A DNA stretch of 64,000 nt, taken from assembly GCA_951406725.2 (NCBI GenBank), contig OX597815.1, positions 9,362,001 through 9,426,000 of the forward strand, in the 5' to 3' direction. Source of the stretch: Octopus vulgaris (taxonomy: Eukaryota). Shown piece by piece: positions 53,386 to 64,000 of the stretch (its first letter is position 1; every line of letters starts with the position of its first letter). A model generated the notes under the pieces. It searched no databases. It had not been told where the DNA came from and was given only the letters and a program-made list of their open reading frames with translations. The translations under genes and the position numbers were made by a program.

Positions 53386-53420
<35 letters not shown>

Positions 53421-53479
53421 TATACACATATATATATATACATATATGTTTCTGTTTTAAATTTCTGTTTGATATATAT

Positions 53480-53536
<57 letters not shown>

Positions 53537-53909
53537 TACACATTCATATTTACATACACATATAAATTCATGTGTGTGTGTGTGTGTGTAAAGTAATGGC
53601 CGCTTCTGTCGTTTCATTCACTTTGCACTTGTAAAGGCTTTTCTTAAAACAGATTTCCGTGAGTAACAGGGAAAATATGTACAGTGCTTATGAGAGACAA
53701 GCAGATATATATGGTTTCATGTTAAGCAAAGTAGGAAAATATTCTTGTGTCTTAACAATTTTTCAAGCCGATTACATGGAGCAAAGTGTTCGTTTCCATT
53801 TTGGAAAACACAAAGAAATTATATCCACCAATGCGTTGTTGTTGAACACTCATTTCCATCTTTCAACTTTTACATGTGTATATGTATGTATATATATATA
53901 TATATATAT

Positions 53910-54183
53910 ATAACATAAGGGACTAAAGCCATCTGAATATGGCTAGGGACAGGGCAGGGTGGTGGGGGTGTTACTGTTGCATTTAGCCCTAGGCGAACAT
54001 CAACGTCGCCAGATAGGCTTGACACCATCACGGTGTCCTTTATCCTAGGATAAAGGACACCGTGATGGTGTCAAGCCTATCTGGCGACGTTGATGTTCGC
54101 CTAGGGCTAAATGCAACAGTAACACCCCCACCACCCTGCCCTGTCCCTAGCCATATTCAGATGGCTTTAGTCCCTTATGTTAT
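53910..54183. repeat. Perfect 274-bp palindrome without spacer
   Basis: 137-bp arms with centre TATCCT|AGGATA at 54046/54047. No mismatch found by eye. Confidence 0.95.
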
Positions 54184-54252
54184 GGAGCAGTTACTGTCTA
54201 TATCTCATTTAGAGAATTATTATTGCTATATATATATATATATATATATATA

Positions 54253-54326
54253 TACTAACTAGGCTCGATGTTGCTTAACTTCGGTGATCGGACGAGAACC
54301 GGTGTTTTCAACGTGATATGGCCGTA
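54253..54326 (-). pseudogene. 5S rRNA fragment (about nt 4-77)
   Basis: Minus strand TACGGCCATATCACGTTGAAAACACCGGTTCTCGTCCGATCACCGAAGTTAAGCAACATCGAGCCTAGTTAGTA is typical invertebrate 5S. It lacks the 3' third, including box C. Confidence 0.93.
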
Positions 54327-54343
54327 TATATATATATATATAT

Positions 54344-54748
54344 ATTAATAAATAAAATAAAACATATGCATATATACATACATATATGTACGTACCTACC
54401 TCTACATGTATATATACATGCATATATGGGTACAGGACACCAAAAAAAAAACGTCGAACACAATGAGAAACGAAAACCGTGTCTCGCCTTAACCTTCGAA
54501 CGCGGTAGATGAAACAAAGGCGACTGAAGAAGGGGAATCTTCCTTGTTTTGTATGTCCTGTACTCTATTTTGTCGTTGTTTAAGAAAAATGTCCATTTCC
54601 TGGGTTTTGTGTTTATGTTTTCGTTTCCCATTGTGTTCGACGTCCTTTTGGTGTCCTGTACCCATATATGCATGTATAATATACATGTAGAGGTAGGTAC
54701 GTACATATATGTATGTATATATGCATATGTTTTATTTTATTTATTAAT
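54344..54748. mobile_element. Fold-back element with about 133-bp arms and an HHR-like spacer
   Basis: Arms at 54344-54477 and 54617-54748, flanked by (TA)n. Confidence 0.8.
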
Positions 54749-54796
54749 TTATTATATGACGGAACGCACGGATCCATTTCTAAGTAAGATTGTTCT

Positions 54797-54980
<184 letters not shown>

Positions 54981-55746
54981 CCGCAATGAACGATGCTGTT
55001 ATTCACTTCTTGCAATACAAAATGATTGACGCCGACCAGTTGCTCGGAATTCGTTGTAGTTCCTATCCAACAAGGAGTATGGAATGAAGCGCACTCAATC
55101 AGTGTGACCGAGATGCTGGTGTCAGAGCTAACTAATCTCTCCACATGCCAAGCTGCTAGGTCACTCGCTTGACATAAATAATGCGATAAGCAGCCATTCC
55201 TTTGACGATTAAACAGGTGGCATTGTACATGGAATCGTTTCAGCTTCTGAAAACGGGACCAAAACTGTCTTCGTTTAGGTCAGCCCATTGCTTACATAAA
55301 ACCTATATTACGAACTATTCAAGACCGTGGATCCGCCCCTCGGGCAAATGCTCCGTAGATTTGATGTTTCAGTTGCTGTTATTCCGTAATTACTTTTCAT
55401 TGCACGCTGCCTCTCTTAGTGAGTGTCTTGGTAAGCCGTTCATGTACACTGTCTCCAATTTTTTCGTCAGTCGAAATGTACCTAAAAACCAAACTTGGTG
55501 TTTACTTAGAATGAAATATAATGTCCTTAACTCATCATGGACTTTCGAAGACTGAACTGTAGCTTTGTTACTAAGTGTTTGCCTCCGCTATCCGGTTCTA
55601 TCGTACGGTTTTCCGCCCCTTGTTTCTAAGATCACGCATCTTAATTCAGACAATTCAACCTTTGTGTTTCACATCGAAAAATGGGCGACACGTATATTGC
55701 GGTGTCTTCCTTAATACATTTAAACCGTTAATAAATTCTTCTATTC

Positions 55747-56049
55747 TATCTCTCGTCATTTCGCCGCCCATGTCTTGCAAACTATTCAGATTTCGCACCA
55801 GCCACTATACGTGTCTTCCCCACCGAAAAGGTCAGCGCTCCTGAATTCCTTCATAGGTATATGTTCTTTTATTGGAATGAGTCTGGAGAAGGAGGGATGT
55901 AAAGATTTGTAAGTAGATGGCTTCAAGAAGAACATATACCAATGAAGGAATTCCGGTGCGCTGACCCTTTCGGTGGGGAAGACACGTATAGTGGCTGGTG
56001 CGAAACCTGAATAGTTTGCAAGACATGGGCGACGAAATGACGAGAGATA
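55747..56049. repeat. Inverted repeat with about 122-bp arms and 59-bp spacer
   Basis: 55747-55868 versus 55928-56049. Confidence 0.9.
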
Positions 56050-56295
56050 AGTCAGCAGTCATTTTGGTAAATGACCGAGGTAGAAATTTGTGTAGTGGCC
56101 GTGGTAGACATAGGCACTAATGTAGGGCTTTCAACCTTTTCAAAGTTCCAAAGATCTCAATCACTGAAAGCGAAATGAACGAGGGCGATACTACAGTGTA
56201 TATATATACAGCATATAGGTCTACCGATTAAGATAAATATATTTCCAGCATCTGCGGTACCATAAAACATCTTAATTTATAGATAGTCGGCAAAT

Positions 56296-56591
56296 CGGTA
56301 CTACTAGCGAACAGTGGTCCGGTGCGCGCACTCGCGTAGTCACGCATCCGCGCTAGCTAGTCGTGACTAGTCGATCCTACAACGACTGCCTAGCAAAGTA
56401 AATCAAACACAAAATAAATAATTTGTGTTAAACAAAGTAAATAAAACACAAAAACACAAAGTAAATAATTTTTAAAGCAAAGTAAATAATATACAAAAAC
56501 ATAAAGTAAGGATCGACTAGTCACGACTAGCTAGCGCGGATGCGCGAGTACGCGAGTGCGCGCACCGGGACCACTGTTCTCAAGTAGTACC
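56296..56591. mobile_element. CpG-rich MITE-like inverted repeat
   Basis: Arms at about 56296-56378 and 56509-56591. The spacer has CAAAGTAAAT repeats. Confidence 0.75.
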
Positions 56592-56822
56592 TATTTCTTT
56601 ATTACCCACAAGGGGCTAAAGACAGAGGGGACAAACAAGGACAGACATAGGTATTAGGTCGATTACATCGACCCCAGTACGTAACTGGTACTTAATTTAT
56701 CGACCCCGAAAGGATGAAAGGCAAAGTCGACCTCGGCGGAATTTGAACTCAGAACGTAACGACAGACGAAATACGGCTACGCATTTCGTCCGGCGTGCTA
56801 ACGTTTCTGCCAGCTCGCCGCC
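56592..56822 (-). mobile_element. SINE family A, full length
   Basis: TSD TTCTCAAGTAGTACC at 56577-56591 and 56823-56837. Confidence 0.93.
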
Positions 56823-57644
56823 TTCTCAAGTAGTACCGGCAAATCAAATTTCTCAGGGAGAAATCTCAACACGAAACTGCAACGTGCTCAATGGTAGAGT
56901 TACATAAAAAAGAACAAAAAAAAAAAAGGTATCGATAATTGGAAACTGAAAAGGCAGCAATGTCCCGGATATTAATCTAGTGACTCCGTCACATTTCTTG
57001 TCTTTTATCGTCTATAATTAAACCGCACCATATCATTTGATTGAAAAATATAAAACCGAAATAATAATGATTAATAATCAACAAACAAATATATTAAAAA
57101 AAGAAACAAAGTTTCCACTGATTTTTTCCCATTCTTAGCAAATATTGAAATCTCATTGAATATTTTTCTTGTAAAAGCGCGGCATTGGATGCACAAAATC
57201 AATGAAATAAAAAACTCGATCGTCTTTCTTCAATTCAGTACAATATGGTGAATACAAAATGGACGCTCGGAAGCTATAGCGCCTTCTAATAGCGCCAGAG
57301 TGTTTGATGGTTCGCTTTAGATTGTTCAAAATTATCTAGAAAATCGTCTGTTTTTATAATCATATTTTCTAGCATAAATTACAATCTTAATTTGGATTGA
57401 CTGTTCCGAAAATTGCTACAAGCTATAATTGTATTTTTATTTTGTTCTTATAATAAATTTGAAAATAAATTTCTGCAAATTTTCTTTCTGATTCAATTAA
57501 TGTCTGTTAAAGACGTATTAATGAGGATGGCATTCAAACGTGAGGTGAATTTCTGAAAATGATGTGTGTTCCACCTCTCACTTTTCCTGCCTCCTTCCGT
57601 CTCTCTCTCTCTCTCTCTCACTATTGTTCTTTCTGTATGTGTAT

Positions 57645-57709
57645 ATACATACATACATACATACATACATACATACATACATACATACATACATAAATAC
57701 ATACATACA

Positions 57710-57743
<34 letters not shown>

Positions 57744-57956
57744 CATACATAGCTACATACATACATACATACATACATACATACATACATACATACATAC
57801 ATACATAAATACATACATACATACATACATACATACATACATAGATATATACATACATAGCTACATACATACATACATACATACATACATACATACATAG
57901 ATACATACATACATAGCTACATACATACATACATACATACATACATACATACATAC

Positions 57957-57988
<32 letters not shown>

Positions 57989-58277
57989 GCGTGTGTGTGT
58001 GTGTATGTGTGTGTGTGAGTGTGTGTGTGGGGTGTAAAGGTCTCTTCATTTATCTGTTTACTACATTTGCACTTTCTTTTACCTTTATTTTCTATAAAAT
58101 GATCTTTTCAGGTTTCTTTGTTTTATGTGTTGCGCGCGCACGCGTGTTTATATACGTATATATGTATATGTGTATGTATGTATGTATGTATGTATGTATG
58201 TATGTATGTATGTATGTATGTATGTCCTTCTATCTATCTATCTATCTATCATCTATCTGTCTGTCTGTCTATCTATC

Positions 58278-58328
<51 letters not shown>
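57645..58328. repeat. Compound (TACA)n/(TA)n/(TG)n/(TATG)n/(TATC)n microsatellites
   Basis: Directly visible. Confidence 0.93.
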
Positions 58329-58334
<6 letters not shown>

Positions 58335-58969
58335 ATCACGTGACCGACCAGACCATCAGATGTTGTTACACATCGCTGGTCACAATGCGCTTTACATTGT
58401 TTTAGCCTTCGAATGACGCCACCCCGCTGGCTAAGCGAGCAGGCCAATATATATATATATATATACATACATATATATATACGTACACATATATATATAT
58501 ATGTACATCTATACATCTATACTATACATGTATATAAAAATATATATTTATTAATATATGTATGTACATATGCATACATATATACATATATAAATATGAT
58601 TGTGTGTATCAATTCATGCACATATACACATACGCATATACATATGTATATACATACACACACATGTAGTTACATATATGTACCTACATTACATAATTCA
58701 TACAACCAAGGAATCACACACTCACGAACATACATCTAACTATACATTTGCATGCTAACGTTGAAATGAGTACGTGCGTACGTGTATGTGTGTGTACGTG
58801 AGTGTGTGTGTGTGAGTGTGTGTGTGCGTGTGTGTGCGTGTGTGTATGCGTGTGTGTGTGCACGCATGTATTTGTGTGCGTGCGTGCGTGCTTCATGTTT
58901 TAATTGTCTCTGTGTTTTATGCCTTCCATTTCGTACGATCGTGTATGTTTACATACATACGGAAGTATA

Positions 58970-59120
<151 letters not shown>

Positions 59121-59275
59121 GAAGGTGTTTGTAAGCCATTTAAGAAACACACAAAAACCGTTAGATTCACTTCAACATTTAAATTTAATTTGTCAAAATA
59201 TTTTCGTCGCTTTGAGATTGCGACAAAATTCCGTGCAGCACGGATCAGGTCAGTTGCTATGCAACTACATCTCCG

Positions 59276-59336
<61 letters not shown>

Positions 59337-59340
<4 letters not shown>

Positions 59341-60568
59341 GTCATCCCATAGATAATACGTTTTTTTTTTATTGAATGAACTAAATGTCGGAGGGGGACA
59401 GTATAAACTATTTACATCAACTTGCTATAGAAGCAGGTAATAGTTTTACCTTGTACTTATTCTTAGTGCAATTACTGAACAGTTCAGTTCAATTTTAACA
59501 ATTATTATTTCAAAGCTATAATAGCAGTGTCAAAGGAGCATAATCGACATATTTTGCTTTATGAGTTCAATAAAGGCAACAACGCAACGAAAAGTGCGAG
59601 GAATATTAATGCAGTATACGGGGATCGGAAAATAGGCATAAGCCAGTGTCAACGGGGGTTCCAGAAATTCTGAACCGGAAACTACACCCTAGAAGACGAT
59701 TCGCGTCTTGGAAGATCTGTAGACCTCGATGAGGACGTCCTGCAAACCCTGGTGGAGCAAAATCCCATCGTAACTGTTAAGGAACTAGCAGAGATGTTTG
59801 GTCATTCAATCATTCATCGACACCTGCGTGCCACCGGAAGTGTCAGCAAATTGGGTCGATGGGTTCCTCACAGACTTTCCGAGTCTAATCGCGCGCATAG
59901 AGTTAATGAGTGCTCTTCTTTGCTGTCACATCTCACGAATGAACCTTTTTGGGGCCCGAATAGCGACTGGTGACAAGAAATGAGTTCTCCATAAAAATGT
60001 CAAGCGCCGAAGACAGTGGGTAGGGAAAGGAGAAACACTGGCACCCCAAGCTCAAGGTCTTCACGCACGCAAAGTGTTGCTACCTGTTTGGTGCCTTATG
60101 AAAGGTTTAGTCCACCTTGAACTTTTAAACCCAACCCAAACGATAACAACGGAGATCTACTGCAAGTAGCTTGAGCAGCTTAAGTCACCGCTAGAAGAAA
60201 AACGACCATATTTTAGTTTCAAAACGAAAGGTGTTCTTCCATCAGGAGCATGCTCGGTCACATACAGAGAGGATGACATCCCAAAGGCTGGAGCAGTTGC
60301 GATGGGTAACGATGCCCCAATCACCATATTCGCTGGAATTTGCCCCATCTGATAACCATTTATTCTGCGGTCTTCAAAATCATTAGGCCGGAAAAAATAT
60401 GAATTCTGTAGACGAGGTCAGAAGAGTACTGGAGGAGTATTTCTCGTCAGGGACAAGTGAATTTTGGAAGAGGGGCCTTGCAAGTTTACCAGATAGATGG
60501 AAGAGCATTATAGCAAATAAAAGACAGTATATTTTAGATTAAAAAAGAAGTTTGTTTATGTGAATTTT
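59337..60568 (+). mobile_element. Decayed mariner (same family as 3627-5108), right TIR missing
   Basis: Left TIR TTGGGTCATCCCAT. RHILLYEF, KLGRWVPHRL, IATGDKK and LPDRW remnants at 59521-60542. Confidence 0.9.
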
Positions 60569-60586
60569 GATAGATAGATAGATAGC

Positions 60587-60726
<140 letters not shown>

Positions 60727-60839
60727 TGCCTGCCTATACTATTGTTTGAGTGTATTATGCTTCTATATATGTGTTTATATTCTCCGTTTGGAGCTGTGTA
60801 TATCTATCTGAGTGTATACTTAATTAAATAACCTTTTGT

Positions 60840-60960
60840 ATAGACCATCTGAAAAGTTTCCACGCAGTTTAAATTTATTGGCAGAAAATGAGAATGTTCT
60901 TAGAAGAATGAAATGGAAGGCGTATTTCAAAGAAAAGGACATCAACAGTGAATCATCAAC
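60840..60960 (+). pseudogene. Penelope-like ORF N-terminal fragment
   Basis: ENVLRRMKWKAYF resembles the RMRWKA motif found upstream of Penelope RT. Confidence 0.45.
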
Positions 60961-61140
60961 TCTGGTGTGACCATCGCGCTCTACTTTTATATATTAGTGG
61001 CCCACATGACGTCACGTTCAGTAACATTTACTCATAAGCAATTATTTAAAAATAGTCTCTGCAGTAAATTTAAGTGGAGTTAATGGTGGAATTTCGGTGT
61101 TTTTATCTGTATCTTCAGTTTGCCCCCTGCCCTAACCGCA

Positions 61141-61520
61141 TCAACTCCTTTTTAGATAAAGTTCTCTATGGGACACCAGCAACTCAACTACATAATCTAT
61201 GTGTTCTTCAAGCCCTACACCATATGCAAGTGTCACAATATCTATGCATTTAATGTAGGTTTTTGCTTGAGGAAAACTTGTAAAGTTATGGGTACAGTCA
61301 GGCCGAATATTTTTCTGAGCACTATTCAAAGTTGGGGATTTCGCCTCATCCCAGGATCCAGTTATGCTATCCACAGTATCTTTTATGTTGAGCTTTTTCA
61401 AGAAGTCTCCAACTCCTGGTTTATCCTCCCTGTCAGTAGCTTTCATAAATTGTTAGAAAGTTCTTGGATAATATGCCCTGATGTTAGCTATCGCTGCTTT
61501 CAGTTCTAACTGATGGCTTC
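61141..61520 (-). pseudogene. pogo/Tigger DDE transposase fragment
   Basis: IRAYYPRTF*Q and FLKKLNIKDTVDSITGSWDEAKSPTLNSAQKNIRPDC. Confidence 0.75.
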
Positions 61521-62319
61521 TTTTCAACAACTTGAATTGCAGGTAAATCCGAAAGCGGCGGCAATCAACAGTTACCTACAGCAAATATGAACCCAAAAGG
61601 CATCAGAGAACAACTGCTTTGTAAGAGTAAAGAATTATAATTTTATTTGTCTTATTCCAATGTATATAAGAATGGAAATAAGATGAAAGAGTGAAGGAAG
61701 TACTACAGGTGGGAGGAAGTACTACACGATTACAGTTAGTTGAAAGGTAACCAGGTCCATGAGCACTTCGAACCTTGCACATCTAACTCAAGACATGAAA
61801 ACTCTACACTGTACTCATACACTCACTCAATCTTACACATACACGCACTCTGCTGTGTTGACATACAACATGCGTAGCAACAGTCATTCCTATTATGCTG
61901 TGTTGTCGTTACTAGTTGGTTACTCAGAAGTTGGTGCGTTGGTAATGGTAATTGCGTTATTTATATTGGCTTTAATATTGCTTATAATGGTGTTGGTGGG
62001 ATGTATTATTGGTGATGGGAATATTATAATTGTCAATTGTATTGTTGATGCTGTTTAATCTCAAGTCAATACTCATTGATCAAAGACCTTTCATTCAACT
62101 CATAAAATACACAAGGGCACATCATTATCTCCTGATTGCCTTATATTTTAGATTGAGATGCTTATCTTGTTCATTCTATTGCTGTTGTTGTTAGTCTTTA
62201 AGGGAATGATGGATTGTTAATGACGGTGGTTGTTTTGGTTTTCGTGTTGATGGTAATTGTGCAATTGTTTATGATAGATATTGGCGGTGGAGTTGAAGGT
62301 TGATTTGTATAAATGCATA

Positions 62320-62443
62320 CCTATCTATCTGTCTCCTTATTTATCTGTCTGTCCGCCTGCCTGTCTGTCTGTCTGTCTATCTATTTATCTATCTATCTCT
62401 ATCTGTTTGCCTGTCTATCTATCTATCAATCTATCTATCTATC

Positions 62444-62520
<77 letters not shown>

Positions 62521-62563
62521 CTCTGTCAATCCATCTATCTATCTATCTCTATCAATCTGTTTG

Positions 62564-62622
<59 letters not shown>

Positions 62623-62665
62623 CTCTGTCAATCCATCTATCTATCTATCTCTATCAATCTGTTTG

Positions 62666-62723
<58 letters not shown>

Positions 62724-62769
62724 AATTTATCTGTTTGTCTGTCTGTCTATCTATCTCTCTATCTATCTA
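62320..62769. repeat. (CTAT)n microsatellite with internal higher-order duplication
   Basis: The interruption CTCTGTCAATCC...AATCTGTTTGT occurs twice, at about 62521 and 62623. Confidence 0.95.
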
Positions 62770-64000
62770 TGTGAAGCCTTTCAACGGCACTTCGCCCGAC
62801 TGTTCGAGACAACTGGTGGGTCAGGACGCAGAGTATACTTTAGCGCCTACCTGCATGTCCTACCACGACTCTCGGCAAGAGAGGCAGAGTGTTACGAAAG
62901 ACCCATCACAGCCGCAGACGTACGGGATGCGACAGCCGGCTGCGCAGGAGACATGTCACCAGGCTTGGACGGCTTGCCCTACGAGTTTTATTGTCATGTG
63001 CCAGACTTGTTTGGAAGCGTCTTGGCAGCAATCTTCTGCAACTGGCAGGAAAACGGGAGTATCCCTAGTTTTGTGAGCCAAGGAGCGGTGGTACTTCTAA
63101 AGAAAGATCCAAGAAGGGAACGTCATGAATAACTTCAGGCTCGACGCATATTTGAAGAGTTTGGCCAAGGTACTGGCCGAAAGGTTCTCGCTTGTCATCG
63201 AGAAACTGGTCGACAAGACGCAAACATGCGCCGTGCCGGGCGGGAGTATCCATGAAAACTTCCATCTGATGCGCTACATCATAGAATAGTAGTTAAGGAA
63301 CCTGGCATGGGTGGAGTGCTGATCAAATTAGATCAATCGAAAGCTTTCGATAGGGTCGACCAACGTGACTTAGAGGCTGTCTTTAGAGTGGCTGGTTTCT
63401 GTCCCGTCTTCCGCGGTTGGATCGCTGCCTTATGCAGCGGCATCCGCTCGGTAGTTCGCGTAAATAGTCATCTATCCAGACCATTTAACATCACGCGTTC
63501 GGTTCGTCAAGGACGCCCCCTCTTGTCGCTTCTGTACGTAATGACTCTAGAACCACTACTGCGGAAGCTGGCGACGCTGAGAGGCATCCCGCGAGAACTG
63601 GGATGCGTGAGGAGGGTGCCTGCTTACGCGTACGACGTCACTGTCAGAGTGTGGAGCCACAGGCATATCGACCTGGTCGGCGAGACACTAAAAGGATACG
63701 AAGCTGTAACGGGAGCAAAAGTTAACTCGGTAAAGTCAGTGGGCATGCGGCTCGACACCTGGAGAAGTAAACCCATGTCATCCCATGTCTCCATCGTGGG
63801 ACACTGGACCGACGGACAGGTTAAATTTCTCATGGTCTAGTTCGGGCTAGACCTCCAAATGGAGAAGATCTGGGACGAGATAACGAGTAGGATGGCCACT
63901 CTCACCCAGCAATGGGCTGAGAGGAAGCTATTCCTAAAAGGTCGGTCGGGGGTGGCGAACGCGTACATCGCATCTGTCATCGATTACCGTCTGACAGTCG
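62770..64000 (+). pseudogene. Tx1/L1-clade LINE reverse transcriptase, disrupted, running off the window
   Basis: [46 protein letters not shown] and AYAYDVT (from YADD), with frameshifts and stops. Confidence 0.92.

Noticed and set aside
54253-54326. Functional 5S rRNA gene
   Set aside because: It lacks about 40 nt at the 3' end, including box C and the terminator.
61759-62058. 99-aa membrane-protein-like ORF
   Set aside because: The hydrophobicity comes from low-complexity TG/TTG-rich sequence, with no recognisable domain or splice support.

Overview
This is repeat-saturated, AT-rich eukaryotic DNA, not prokaryotic. The tRNA-derived SINE families and extreme (TA)n/(TACA)n/(GATA)n content resemble octopus/cephalopod genomes (inference). 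I found no intact host protein-coding gene. Most supplied ORFs are microsatellite or SINE read-throughs. The window holds three SINE families, decayed Tc1/mariner, pogo/Tigger and Chapaev-like transposons, non-autonomous Helitrons, and Tx1/L1, R4/Dong-like and Penelope-like remnants. Four signals stand out. (1) Short non-coding elements carry hammerhead-ribozyme (HHR) motifs, sit in (TA)n-type microsatellites and are often bracketed by fold-back repeats; a cluster at 52.7-54.8 kb also has a perfect 274-bp spacer-less palindrome and a TA-to-TA 5S rRNA fragment. (2) An 18 x 184-bp tandem array is built inside one TSD-flanked SINE, with junctions on the same GGTA motif that begins most of that SINE's target-site duplications. 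(3) A 2.0-kb TSD-flanked retroelement encoding only an ORF1-like protein sits inside a SINE head. (4) Two mariner derivatives appear to be built from two left ends. Coordinates were read by eye and may be off by a few bases.
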